Source of the DNA: Gemmatimonadota bacterium
GTDB lineage: Bacteria > Gemmatimonadota > Gemmatimonadetes > Palauibacterales > Palauibacteraceae
Length of the DNA: 64,000 nt
Reading direction: 5' to 3'
Assembly: GCA_965116475.1 (NCBI GenBank)
Contig: OZ220691.1
Span: 3,360,001 to 3,424,000, forward strand
Positions 41,779 through 55,760 of this stretch are shown here, piece after piece. The notes below the pieces were generated by a model. It had not been told where the DNA came from, ran no database searches, and was given only the letters and a program-made list of their open reading frames with translations. The position numbers and the translations under genes are program-made. Position 1 is the first letter of the stretch. Each line of letters opens with the position of its first letter.

Positions 41779-42611
41779 CCTCCGGAAGGACCGAACGCCC
41801 CCGGCCGAAGCGCGCGCTCGGCCAGAACTTCCTCGTCGACCCGAACATCCAGCGCAAGATCGTGCGCGAACTCGACCCGCAGCCCGCGGACGTCGTGCTC
41901 GAGGTCGGGCCGGGACACGGTGAACTGAGCCAGTACCTCGTCGGCTGTTGCCGCCGCCTCGTCCTCATCGAGAAGGATCGCGATCTCGCCGGCGGGCTCC
42001 GCGAGCGCTGGGGGGATCGGCCGGACGTGGATGTGGTCGAAGGCGACGCGCTCCGCCTCGCACTGGCGGACTTCGTGCGGGGACCCGCTGCGGTGCGCGT
42101 GGTGTCGAACGTCCCCTACAACATCACGTCGCCGCTCGTCTTCGCCTTTCTCGAACTCGAGCCAGCCGCCATCCGCATCGTGCTGACGGTGCAGAGGGAA
42201 GTGGCGGAGCGAATCGTCGCGCCGCCCGGTATCAAGGCGTACGGCGCGCTCTCGGTCGGGGTGCAGGCGACGGCGGAAGCGTCGCTCGCCTTCCGCGTGG
42301 GACGCCAGGCGTTCCGCCCCGTCCCGGCGGTCGATTCGGCGGTGGTGCGCCTGGAACCGCGGCCTGACGCCGCCGAGGTGGATCGCGCGGCGCTCAGGGC
42401 GCTGACGCGCGCGTGCTTCAACCGCCGGCGGAAGCAGCTCCAGAAGACGCTGCGCACGGCTCCCGAGCTGCGTTTTGCGGGAGATGCGGAGGCGGTACTG
42501 AGGCAACTCTCGATCGATCCCGCGGTGCGGCCCGAGATGCTGGATCCCCCCACTTTCGTGCGTCTGGCGGCGGCGCTTCAGGCCGGGCGAAGCGGGGGCG
42601 CGTCGCGTTGA
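41775..42611 (+). CDS. rsmA: 16S rRNA dimethyladenosine transferase
   Basis: LGQNFL, EVGPGHG, SNVPYNITS, QREVAER, FNRRRK. Confidence 0.94.
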   Translation: MTSGRTERPRPKRALGQNFLVDPNIQRKIVRELDPQPADVVLEVGPGHGELSQYLVGCCRRLVLIEKDRDLAGGLRERWGDRPDVDVVEGDALRLALADFVRGPAAVRVVSNVPYNITSPLVFAFLELEPAAIRIVLTVQREVAERIVAPPGIKAYGALSVGVQATAEASLAFRVGRQAFRPVPAVDSAVVRLEPRPDAAEVDRAALRALTRACFNRRRKQLQKTLRTAPELRFAGDAEAVLRQLSIDPAVRPEMLDPPTFVRLAAALQAGRSGGASR

Positions 42612-42636
42612 GTTGAGGACGGGCCGGCCCTATCTT
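42608..42636 (+). promoter_or_regulatory. Putative sigma70 promoter of rex (TTGAGT-N17-TATCTT)
   Basis: Canonical spacing, immediately upstream of the Rex box. Confidence 0.55.
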
Positions 42637-42639
42637 GGT

Positions 42640-42657
42640 TTGTGAAACCTTTCACAA
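42640..42657. promoter_or_regulatory. Rex operator TTGTGAA-ACCT-TTCACAA
   Basis: Exact match to the Rex consensus TTGTGAA-N4-TTCACAA, 8 bp upstream of the rex ATG. Confidence 0.9.
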
Positions 42658-42665
42658 GGGCGGGC

Positions 42666-43313
42666 ATGAGCGGCAGAATTTCCGATTCGACGGTTCGACG
42701 CCTCTCCCTGTATCTCCGCATGTTGCGCGACCTTGAGCGAGCCGGCGCGGAGTTCGTGTCCAGTGCCCAGCTTGCCGAACCCTCGGGGGCCACATCCGCC
42801 CAGGTCCGGAAAGACCTGAGCCACTTCGGCTCGTTCGGGAAACGCGGGCGGGGATACTCGGTCGAGGGGCTCGTGCGGGCGCTGGAGGAGATCCTCGGGC
42901 TCTCGCGCAGTTGGAGGATTGCGCTCGTGGGGGTCGGCAAGATCGGATCCGCGCTGTTGGGGTACGGGGGACTGGCGGCGCGCGGATTCGATGTCGTCGC
43001 GGCCTTCGATGTCGACGAAGCGAAGGTCGGGACACGGGCTTACGGGCTCCGGATTCTCCCCATGACGGACCTCCGGCCGGTTATCGCGGAGTGCGGGGCG
43101 GAGATCGGGGTCGTCGCGACCCCGACGGACGTGGCCGCCGAGATCGCCGCGGAACTCGGACGCGCGGGCGTGGGCGCGATCCTCAACTTCGCGCCGATCG
43201 AACTCTCCGAGGTGGACGGGGTGCCGATCCGGACCGTGGACATCGTGCTCGAACTCGAAGGCCTGAGCTACCTGATGTCCGAGGCGGATCGGCGCGCAGG
43301 GAGCCACGCGTGA
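42666..43313 (+). CDS. rex: Redox-sensing transcriptional repressor Rex
   Basis: TVRRLSLYLR, QVRKDLSHFGSFGKRGRGY, VGVGKIG, ILNFAP. Confidence 0.95.
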   Translation: MSGRISDSTVRRLSLYLRMLRDLERAGAEFVSSAQLAEPSGATSAQVRKDLSHFGSFGKRGRGYSVEGLVRALEEILGLSRSWRIALVGVGKIGSALLGYGGLAARGFDVVAAFDVDEAKVGTRAYGLRILPMTDLRPVIAECGAEIGVVATPTDVAAEIAAELGRAGVGAILNFAPIELSEVDGVPIRTVDIVLELEGLSYLMSEADRRAGSHA

Positions 43314-44212
43314 CGGGGGTGCACTTCGCGCCCGACGGAGTGCTGGTGCGCAGGGCGCTACGCCGGCTCGAGGACGGTCCGCGTTCGTCCGTGGATCTCG
43401 CGGCCGAGGTGCTCGGCATGCGCGAGTGTCCGCCGGCCATGGCCCGCCGCCTCGTCGCGCAGTTGCTCGACGGGATCCCCGAGGTGGCCCGCGATGGGCA
43501 GGGCGGCGATGCCTGGCGGCTGGCGGCGGGAGAGCGCCGAACCCGGAAGCCGGCGGCCAGGGGGCTGCACGACCTCCGATACGCGGTGGTAGACGTCGAG
43601 ACGAACGGCGGCGTCGCGGAGAGGAACGGCCGGGTGGTCGAGATCGCGATCGTGGATGTGGATCGCGGCGCCATCGGCGGCTGCTATTCGACGCTCGTAG
43701 ATGCCGGCGTGGCGATTCCGCCGTGGATCACCCGCCTCACCGGCATCCGCACGGAGATGACGCACGGTGCGCCCAGTTTCTCGCAGATCTGCGATCAGGT
43801 GCGCGGGCACCTGCGCGGCCGGGTTTTCGTCGCGCATAACGCGGCGTACGATTGGGGCTTCCTGCGCGCCGAGATGCGGCGGGCGGGGGCCGGCCTCCCG
43901 CGCGGACCGCGCCTGTGCACGGTCCACATGGCGCGCCGACTGCTACCGGGGCTCGAGCGTCGAGGCCTGGATTCGGTCGCACACTACTACGGGATCGAGA
44001 TCCGCGAACGTCACCGCGCGCGGGGCGACGCGGTCGCGACGGCCCGTGTCCTGCTGCGCATGCTTGCGGACGCGGAGCGGCGGGGCTGGACGACGTGGCC
44101 CGCGCTCCGAAAGGCTCTCGGGCCGGTCTCGAACCGCCGGCGCGGCAGGCGGCGGGGCCGGCATTCCGAACGGCAAGAACACGCGAACGACGGCATGAGC
44201 GATGGAACATGA
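43310..44212 (+). CDS. DEDDh 3'-5' exonuclease (DnaQ/PolC epsilon-like) with N-terminal extension
   Basis: VVDVETNG, EIA, LTGI, AHNAAYD, HRARGDA. Confidence 0.85.
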   Translation: MTGVHFAPDGVLVRRALRRLEDGPRSSVDLAAEVLGMRECPPAMARRLVAQLLDGIPEVARDGQGGDAWRLAAGERRTRKPAARGLHDLRYAVVDVETNGGVAERNGRVVEIAIVDVDRGAIGGCYSTLVDAGVAIPPWITRLTGIRTEMTHGAPSFSQICDQVRGHLRGRVFVAHNAAYDWGFLRAEMRRAGAGLPRGPRLCTVHMARRLLPGLERRGLDSVAHYYGIEIRERHRARGDAVATARVLLRMLADAERRGWTTWPALRKALGPVSNRRRGRRRGRHSERQEHANDGMSDGT

Positions 44213-44252
44213 ACGTTGGCACATGAGCGATAAGAATAAGACATGAGCGATA
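44194..44252 (+). repeat. Imperfect repeats of the (A)CATGA(GCGAT) start/stop motif, four ATGA copies
   Basis: ATGA at 44195, 44209, 44223, 44243; ACATGAGCGATA exact at 44221 and 44241. Confidence 0.85.
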
Positions 44253-45454
44253 GCGACAGAATCCCGGTCATCGTCTCCGCGGCGCGGCTTCCCACGGGCC
44301 GCTTCATGGGCGGACTCTCCTCCCTCGCGGCCCCGGACCTCGGAGGTCTCGCGATCTCGGCGGCGGTCGACCGGGCCGGAGTCGACCCGGACGAGATCGA
44401 CGACGTGATCATGGGGAACGTCGTGCAGGCGGGGGTCGGTCAGGCGCCCGCCCGCCAGGCGGCGATCCGCGGCGGGGTGCCCGTGACGGTCCCGGCCGTG
44501 ACCGTGAACAAGGTTTGCGGCTCCGGTCTGAAGGCCGTCATGCTGGCGGCGCAGGCGATCAAGGCCGGCGACGCCCAGGTGGTGGTGGCCGGCGGGATGG
44601 AGTCGATGTCGAACGCCCCGTACCTCCTCCGCGGACACCGGGAGGGGGTGAAGTTCGGAGACCGCTCGCTCGTCGACGGACTCATACACGACGGCCTGTG
44701 GTGCGCCTTCGGTACGTGCCACATGGGCGGTCACGCCGAGTACACCGCCCACAAGGCGGGCGTGAGCCGCGAGGACCAGGACGCCTACGCGCTCGGCAGC
44801 CACGAGAAGGCGATCCGTGCGATCGATGCCGGGGAATTCGCCGCGGAAGTCGTCCCCGTCCACATCGAGACCCGCAAGGGGACCGTGACGATCGACGCGG
44901 ACGAGCCGCCGCGGCGCGGCACGTCGCTCGAGGCGCTCGCGAGGCTGAGGCCCGCCTTCGCGGGCGATGCGCCCCCGGAGGTGACCGAACCCAGCGTCAC
45001 GGCCGGGAACGCGCCCGGCCTCAACGACGGGGGCGCGGCCACGGTCGTCGCCTCCGAGGCGTACGCCGCCGCGCACGGCCTTCCGGTCCTGGGTCGCATC
45101 CGGGCCTATTCCGTGGGGGCGACGGCGCCCCGCGATCTCTTCTTCGCGCCCGTCGCGGCCGTGCGGAAGCTCATGACGCTCGACGGGACGGTCGTCGCCG
45201 ACTACGGACTGGTGGAGATGAACGAGGCGTTCGCGGTGCAGTGTCTCGCGGATGCCCGCGAACTGGGCCTGGATCTCGATCGTGTTAACGTCCGCGGCGG
45301 GGCGATCGCCCTCGGCCACCCGATCGGGGCCTCGGGGGCGAAGATCCTCACGACGCTCCTCCATGCCATGCGCGACCGTGACGTCGAGCGCGGGATGGCC
45401 ACCCTGTGTCTCGGCGGGGGGAACGCCGTCGCGCTGAGCGTGGAGCGCCGGTGA
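44243..45454 (+). CDS. Acetyl-CoA C-acetyltransferase (thiolase)
   Basis: NKVCGSG, GGMESMS, NEAF, GHPIGASG, LCLGGG. Confidence 0.94.
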   Translation: MSDSDRIPVIVSAARLPTGRFMGGLSSLAAPDLGGLAISAAVDRAGVDPDEIDDVIMGNVVQAGVGQAPARQAAIRGGVPVTVPAVTVNKVCGSGLKAVMLAAQAIKAGDAQVVVAGGMESMSNAPYLLRGHREGVKFGDRSLVDGLIHDGLWCAFGTCHMGGHAEYTAHKAGVSREDQDAYALGSHEKAIRAIDAGEFAAEVVPVHIETRKGTVTIDADEPPRRGTSLEALARLRPAFAGDAPPEVTEPSVTAGNAPGLNDGGAATVVASEAYAAAHGLPVLGRIRAYSVGATAPRDLFFAPVAAVRKLMTLDGTVVADYGLVEMNEAFAVQCLADARELGLDLDRVNVRGGAIALGHPIGASGAKILTTLLHAMRDRDVERGMATLCLGGGNAVALSVERR

Positions 45455-46372
45455 ACGTGAAGCCCGAAGGCTGGGCCTGGGCCGGGAGGCTGGCGGCATT
45501 CGCCGGTCTCTTCATCGCCTTCGGGCTCGTGTTCGGATTCGCGGCCGCCGCTTTCGCCGGCCTTCCGGACGCCGAGGCGCTGGCCGTCGACTGGTGGACC
45601 GTCGCGCCCGTGCTGCTCGCGGCGTGTGCGGCCACCGCGGTGCTGGCCGTCGGCATCGACAGGCGTCCCCTGTCCGCGCTCGGCTTGAGGGGCGGGCTTC
45701 CCGGCCTCGAGGAACTCGGTGCCGGCGTGCTGGCGGGACTTGTGATCATCGGCGCCGCCATCCTTGCCGTGGCCGCGCCGGGCTGGGTTTCATGGACCGT
45801 GTCAACCGTACCGGTCCTCGAGGGGGTGAAGGTCTCGGCGCTCCTGCTGGCGGCCGCGTTTACGGAGGAACTCCTTTTTCGGGGGTATCCCTTTCGCGTC
45901 CTCCACGTCCGCTTCGGCCCCGTTCCCGCCGTGGTCGCGACCTCGGTGGCGTTCGGACTCATGCACGGGGCCAACCCGGGGGTAACGCCGCTGGCGCTGG
46001 TCAACCTGACCCTCGCTGGCGTGCTGCTCGGCGTGGCCTACTGGCGTTCGGGCAGCCTCTGGTTCGTCACGGGCGTCCACTTCGGCTGGAACTGGGTCAT
46101 GGCGGCGAGCGGCCTGCCCGTGAGCGGGCTCGACGTGTCGATCTCCGGCCTCGAAGCCTCCGTCACGGGTCCCGTGCTGTGGACTGGCGGCACCTTCGGG
46201 CCCGAGGGTGCGCTGGGCATCACGTTCGTGACCGCGCTTGGAACCGTCTGGTTGTGGCGGGTGGCGGGGTCCCGAAGCCGCTCCGGTTCCCGGTCGTCGA
46301 CGAAGGGCAGTCCCGCCGACAGTCTCGCCGACAACCTCGCCGACGATCTCGCCGACAATGATGGGAGGCTCG

Positions 46373-46386
<14 letters not shown>
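45451..46386 (+). CDS. CPBP (CAAX/Abi) family intramembrane metalloprotease
   Basis: EELLFRG, FGLMH, HFGWN, GGTFGPE; multiple TM segments. Confidence 0.85.
46314..46359 (+). repeat. 12-bp-period tandem repeat (CGCCGAC core x4) encoding [15 protein letters not shown] at the CPBP C-terminus
   Basis: Cores at 46314, 46326, 46338, 46350. Confidence 0.8.
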
Positions 46387-47235
<849 letters not shown>

Positions 47236-47239
<4 letters not shown>

Positions 47240-48429
47240 TGACCGGCCGCCGCGCCTGGTCCGGCCTCCAACTCTCATCCGATGCGGAACAGATCCTCAC
47301 GCTCGCGCGCCAGTTCGCGAAGGAGCGGTTGCAGCCCACGGCCGAAGCCCGGGACGCGAACGAGGACCGCTTCGATGCGGAGGTCCACCGCGAACTGGGG
47401 GAGCTCGGCTTTCTCGCCATGCGGGTGCCGGAACGGTACGACGGTCTCGGGCTCGACCTCGTCACGTACCTCTACGTGCTGGAGGAACTCGCCTGGGGAG
47501 ATGCGGGGGTCGCCGTCTCCGTCAGCATCCACAACTCGCTCCCGGTTTCGATCCTCCTTCGCCGGGGAAGCGAGGCACAACGGGAGACGTGGCTCCCCAG
47601 GATGGCCAGCGGAGAAGTGCTGGGCGCCTTTTCCCTCTCCGAAGCCGGCGCCGGCACGGACGCCGCGGCGCTGCGCACGCAGGCCACGCGCACCGAGGGC
47701 GGCTGGATTCTCAACGGCGAGAAGATGTGGGTGACGAACGGCGCGGCCGCGGATGTCGTGCTGACCTTCGCCCGGACGGACACCGCGGAGGACCGGCGAG
47801 GGTCGCGCGGCATCGGCGCCTTCCTTCTGCCCCGCGGCACGGACGGACTGTCGGTCGGCAGGAAAGAGAGAAAGATGGGGCAGCGCGGTTCGGAAACGGT
47901 CGCTTTGTCCCTGAAGAATGTGTTTTTGCCACAGGAACTTATGGTAGGAGAGGTAAACCGGGGCTTCAGCTATGCGCTCGAAGGCCTCGAGGCGGGCCGC
48001 CTCGGCATCGCGGCCCAGGCTCTCGGCATCGCCTCGGCCGCCGTCGACGCCGCGTTCGAATACGCGAATACGCGGCGCCAGTTCGGGAGTTCGCTGCGGG
48101 AGTTTCAGGGGATGGAATTCAAGCTCGGCGACATGGTGACCCGCCTCGAGGCTGCGCGGGGCCTGCTCGAACGTGCGGCCGCCGCGCACACCCTGGGGGA
48201 CCCGCGGGCGCGCCGCCTCTCGAGCGTGGCCAAGTTGTTCGCGAGCGAGACCGCGATGACGAACGCCCGCGAGGCGGTTCAGGTGTTCGGGGGCTACGGG
48301 TACTCGCGGGAATATCCCGTGGAACGTCTGTTCCGGGACGCGAAGGTCACCGAGATCTACGAGGGAGCCAACGAAATGCACCGCAGCCTGATCGCGCGGC
48401 AACTCTACAGAGAGAGGGGATACGTGTGA
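47236..48429 (+). CDS. Acyl-CoA dehydrogenase (short-chain/butyryl-CoA-like)
   Basis: [48 protein letters not shown]. Confidence 0.92.
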
Positions 48430-49736
48430 GAGCGAAGGCGGAACCTGGAGCCGGCGGCGCCCTGGACCCGCGCCCGCTCCGCGAGATGGATCCCGCGGTG
48501 GCGGCCTCGATCGACCGGGAGCTCAAGAGACAGCGTACGGGTCTCGAGCTGATCGCGAGCGAGAACTTCGTTTCCCGGGGGGTCCTCGAGGCGACCGGCT
48601 GCGTGATGACGAACAAGTATGCGGAGGGCTATCCCGGGCGCCGCTACTACGGCGGCTGCGAGTTCGTGGACGAGGTCGAGAACCTCGCCCGCGAGCGCGC
48701 GCGGCGACTGTTCGGGGCGGACCACAGCAACGTCCAGGCGCACAGCGGTTCGGGCGCGAACATGACCGCGCTCCAGGCGCTCACTGAACCCGGGGCGACA
48801 CTCCTCGGGATGGATCTCTCGCACGGGGGGCACCTGACGCACGGTTCGCAGGTCAACTTCTCCGGTCTCTGGTACCGGGTCGTCCCCTACGGGGTGCGAG
48901 CCTCGGACCGGACGATCGACTACGACGCGCTCCGGGCGACGGCGCTCGAGGTGCGCCCCACGGTCATCATCGCCGGGGCCAGCGCCTACCCCCGCCGGAT
49001 CGATTTCGAGCGCTTCGCGGAAATCGCCGACGAGTGCGGGGCGCGGGTCCTCGTGGACATGGCGCACATCGCCGGCCTCGTGGCGACCGGACACCACCCA
49101 TCCCCGGTGCCGCACGCGGATGTCGTGACGACGACGACGCACAAGACGCTGCGCGGACCGCGGGGAGGGCTCATCCTGTGCCGCGACGAGCACGCGAAGG
49201 CGGTCGACAAGGCGGTGTTCCCCGGACTCCAGGGCGGTCCCCTGATGCACGTGATCGCCGCGAAGGCGGTTGCGCTCGGGGAGGCGCTGCGCCCGGGGTT
49301 CGGCGAGTACTCGGATCTCGTCGTGCGAAACGCCCGCGCCCTTGGACGGCGGCTCGCCGAACACGGCTATGATCTCGTCGCTGGCGGGACGGATACGCAC
49401 CTCCTCCTCGTGGACCTCCGGACGACGGATCTGACGGGCAAGGATGCGGAGGCCCTCCTGGGTCGGGCGGGCATTACCGTCAACAAGAACACCGTGCCGT
49501 TCGAAACCCGCTCGCCCTTCGTGGCGTCCGGCATCAGGATCGGGACGGCGGCCGTGTCGACCCGTTCCATGGGCGAGAACGAAATGGAGCGAATCGCCGA
49601 TCTCATGCACCGCGCGCTGCGCTCGGAAGCCGATGACGCGACGCTTTCGGCGGTGGACTCCGAGGTCCGGGCGCTGTGCGAGGATTTCCCGCTCTATCCC
49701 GAGAATGACGGCGTTCACCGGGAGGGCGTAGCTTGA
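48426..49736 (+). CDS. glyA: Serine hydroxymethyltransferase
   Basis: [38 protein letters not shown]; start GTG 48426 or ATG 48486. Confidence 0.96.
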   Translation: MRAKAEPGAGGALDPRPLREMDPAVAASIDRELKRQRTGLELIASENFVSRGVLEATGCVMTNKYAEGYPGRRYYGGCEFVDEVENLARERARRLFGADHSNVQAHSGSGANMTALQALTEPGATLLGMDLSHGGHLTHGSQVNFSGLWYRVVPYGVRASDRTIDYDALRATALEVRPTVIIAGASAYPRRIDFERFAEIADECGARVLVDMAHIAGLVATGHHPSPVPHADVVTTTTHKTLRGPRGGLILCRDEHAKAVDKAVFPGLQGGPLMHVIAAKAVALGEALRPGFGEYSDLVVRNARALGRRLAEHGYDLVAGGTDTHLLLVDLRTTDLTGKDAEALLGRAGITVNKNTVPFETRSPFVASGIRIGTAAVSTRSMGENEMERIADLMHRALRSEADDATLSAVDSEVRALCEDFPLYPENDGVHREGVA

Positions 49737-49762
49737 CGCCAACTTTTTCCCCCGTCTAACTT
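49733..49762 (+). promoter_or_regulatory. Putative sigma70 promoter (TTGACG-N18-TAACTT)
   Basis: Near-consensus hexamers with T-rich spacer at the glyA 3' end. Confidence 0.5.
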
Positions 49763-49831
49763 TGCCGTTCATGCCCTTGCGGGCGGTGCGCATGACGGCC
49801 GGGAAAGGGGCCTGGGACGAGGTGAGTAGAG

Positions 49832-50194
49832 GTGGACACAGCGGGCGTTCTGACGGGCATCAGGAAGGGCAACCCCAGGTATACGGAAGCCGCATACCTG
49901 TTCCTGCTCTCCGCCCTCCAGCGCCGACTGTCCAGCCTGGAACTGCCTCGTCACATCAGCGGCGCCGAAGTCGCCGACGCGGTCCGGGAACTCGCACTGG
50001 AGCGGTTCGGCCCCCTGGCGCGGACCGTGCTCGAGCATTGGGGCGTGCACGGCACGACGGACATCGGCGAGATCGTCTTCGCGCTGGTTGAATGTGGAGT
50101 GCTGATCAAACAACCCGACGATTCGCGAGAGGACTTCGAGGGGCTCTTCAGCTTCGACGAAGCTTTTGAGGACAGCTACCCCTGGAGCGCGTAG
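49832..50194 (+). CDS. Uncharacterised protein, Minf_1886-like family
   Basis: AYLFL..AL, RHISGAE, FGPLARTVLEHWG, DIGEIVF.LV, D..EDF pattern recalled for this family. Confidence 0.65.
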   Translation: MDTAGVLTGIRKGNPRYTEAAYLFLLSALQRRLSSLELPRHISGAEVADAVRELALERFGPLARTVLEHWGVHGTTDIGEIVFALVECGVLIKQPDDSREDFEGLFSFDEAFEDSYPWSA

Positions 50195-50224
50195 GGGAGG
50201 AACTGGAAGGGGAGGGGTGAACGC

Positions 50225-50422
50225 GTGGCCGATTCGGGGTCGTTCACGGAGTGCTTGAGTTGCTCGAAGGGGGTCCTGCTCCCGCTTTCGGACTATGGAC
50301 GCGACGGGGCACCGATCCGGTACAAGGCATGGGTCTGCTCGAACCCCAACTGCGGGTTCAACATCCGGATCGACAACGGTGAGATCAGCTTCGGACGCAA
50401 CATCCAGCAGTCCTACAAGTAG
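50225..50422 (+). CDS. Small putative zinc-ribbon protein, 65 aa
   Basis: CLSC...CSNPNC; strong GGGGAGGGG SD; C-ending codon bias. Confidence 0.65.
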   Translation: MADSGSFTECLSCSKGVLLPLSDYGRDGAPIRYKAWVCSNPNCGFNIRIDNGEISFGRNIQQSYK

Positions 50423-50462
50423 CCTCCCCGGCGGAGACTCCGCCGCCGCGCGGAGCCCCGCC

Positions 50463-52054
50463 ATGCGGGTTCCCGCATGCCCGCCATCGGACTGGTGGCG
50501 CTATGCCGCCAGCGAGGTGTGGCTGCCCAGCGCGGCCGAGATGGGAGAGATCGACCGCGTCGCCGTCGACTCCGGGGCGATACCCGAACGCGCGCTGATC
50601 GAGAACGCCGGTCGGGCGTTGGCGCGCCACGTGCACGAACGGTTCCCGAACGGCCGTGTCGCGGTGCTCGCGGGAAGCGGCCACAACGGCGCCGATGCCC
50701 TCGTGGCCGGGCGGACGCTCTCTGCCTGGGGACGATCGGTCGGATTCGTCCGGTGCGGGAGCCGGGCCCCGGATCCGGATGTCCTCGCGGGCTGGCAACT
50801 GGATCTCGAACCGGCGGACGCGCTCCAGCGGGAACTCGCCGCGGCCGATGTCGTCGTCGACGGCATTCTGGGGACGGGCCTGACGACGGCGCCCCGGCCG
50901 CCCCAGGCGAGGATGATCGAACGCGTGAACGCGGCCCGCGCCGCCGTGGTCTCGGCCGATGGCCCCAGCGGCGTGGACTTCACGACGGGTCGCGTGCCGG
51001 GGGCCGCGATCCGGGCCGACCTGACGGTGACGTTCGGGTGGCCGAAGACGGGCCTTCTGAGTTTCCCGGCGCGCGAGCGCATCGGCGACCTGATTTCCGT
51101 GGAGATCGGCTTTCCGCCGCCGGAGCGGCCGCCGTCGGCGCGGGCCGTGACGGCGGCATGGGTGGCCGGCCTCCTCGGTGTGCGGCCCGCCGATGGCCAC
51201 AAGGGGGAGGCGGGCTATCTCGCGATCGTCGGTGGAGAGCGGGGCATGGCCGGCGCCGTCGTGCTTGCCGCCCGCGCCGCCATTCGGGCGGGGGCCGGCA
51301 TCGTGCGCGTCGTGAGCGCCCCCGAGAACCGGGAGATCGTGCAGACCGGGGTGCCCGAGGCTGTGTTCGCGGACTGGTCCGTGCCGGAAGCCGTGCGGTC
51401 CGCGCTCAACTGGGCCGGCGCGGTCGCGGTCGGACCGGGCCTCGGAACGGGACCGGGGCGGGCCGAGTTGATGCGGCGCGTGCTGGAGAACGGGTCCGTC
51501 CCGCTCGTCCTCGATGCGGACGCCCTGAACGTGCTCTCGGCGGAGGCGCGGGCGCCGCTCGGTCCGCTGGCCCCGCGCCGCTCCGTCCTCCTCACGCCGC
51601 ATCCCGGCGAGATGGCGCGGTTGCTCGGAACGTCGGTCGGCGAAGTGCGCGGGGATGCCCCGACCGCGGCCCGGCGGCTGGCGGACGCGACACGGGCGAC
51701 CGTGCTGCTCAAGGGCGCGCCGACCTGGGTGGCCCGGCCGGGGGGCGAACTGCGCGCGACCACGCTGGTGAGTCCGGCGTTCGCGAGCGGCGGCATGGGT
51801 GACGTGCTGACCGGCGCGTGCGGCGCCTTCCTGGCCTCCGGCCTCGGCCCCGCCGACGCGGCGTCCGCTGCCCTGACGCTCACGGCGCTGGCCGTTCTGC
51901 GCGGCGTGGACGAGATCGGCGGATCCGCGGCGGACGTCCCCGATGCGTTGCCGGACGCGCACCGGGCGCTGCGGCGATTGCGGCCCGGAGCCTGGCCGGG
52001 GGTCAACCTCGCCCTCCCGGCCGTGCCGGCCGCCGCGGCCGCGGACCGGGGCGC

Positions 52055-52058
<4 letters not shown>
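50463..52058 (+). CDS. nnr: Bifunctional NAD(P)H-hydrate epimerase/dehydratase
   Basis: ENAG, GSGHNGAD, DGILGTG, DGPSG; HKG, GPGLG, DADAL, TPHPGE, GMGDVLTG. Confidence 0.9.
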
Positions 52059-55255
<3,197 letters not shown>

Positions 55256-55256
<1 letters not shown>

Positions 55257-55600
55257 TGGCGGAGGCGGCCAACCGCAGGCTCACGCGGGCCATCACGTTC
55301 ATCGCCCTGATCGGGGCGGGTTACTACTGGATGGTGGGCGGAGAATACACGAGAGCCGGCCTGGAACGACTCGAAAGGGACATCGAATCGCGCAGAGCGG
55401 AGAATACGGCCCGCGAAGCTGAACTCGCGTCGATCCGCGCGTGGGCCGACAGTCTCGTGTCGAACTCCTGGGCGATCGAGCGCGTGGCCCGGGAACGGTA
55501 CGGTTTCGTCCGTCCCGACGAGATCCTGGTGCGGTTCGTCGAGCTGGGAGACGGAGGGGAGTCTCCCGCGCCGTCCCCGCAGGCGCACGCTCCTCCGTGA
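55256..55600 (+). CDS. Septum formation initiator (FtsB/DivIC family)
   Basis: N-terminal TM, coiled coil, IERVARERYGFVRPDE; conserved position after eno. Confidence 0.8.
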
Positions 55601-55630
55601 GCCGCGAACGCTCGCCGCTTTCCCCGCGGC

Positions 55631-55658
55631 TTGCCCCGAGCGCCACGAGGTGTAGGAT
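55631..55658 (+). promoter_or_regulatory. Putative tRNA promoter (TTGCCC-N16-TAGGAT)
   Basis: Partial consensus about 22 bp upstream of the tRNA. Confidence 0.4.
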
Positions 55659-55680
55659 AGCGCACCCACTTCACAACCAT

Positions 55681-55754
55681 GGCAGGGTAGCTCAGCCTGG
55701 TAGAGCAAGGGACTCATAAGCCCTGGGTCGGGGGTTCAAATCCCCCCCCTGCCA
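55681..55754 (+). tRNA. tRNA with CAU anticodon, non-initiator (elongator Met or Ile2); CCA not encoded
   Basis: Acceptor GGCAGGG/CCCTGCC, D arm GCTC/GAGC, loop CTCATAA, T arm GGGGG-TTCAAAT-CCCCC, discriminator A. Confidence 0.93.
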
Positions 55755-55760
55755 CTCGTT

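Noticed and set aside
55681..55760. tRNA as integration site of an island
   Set aside because: No integrase and no duplicated tRNA 3' end seen; flanks are housekeeping genes.
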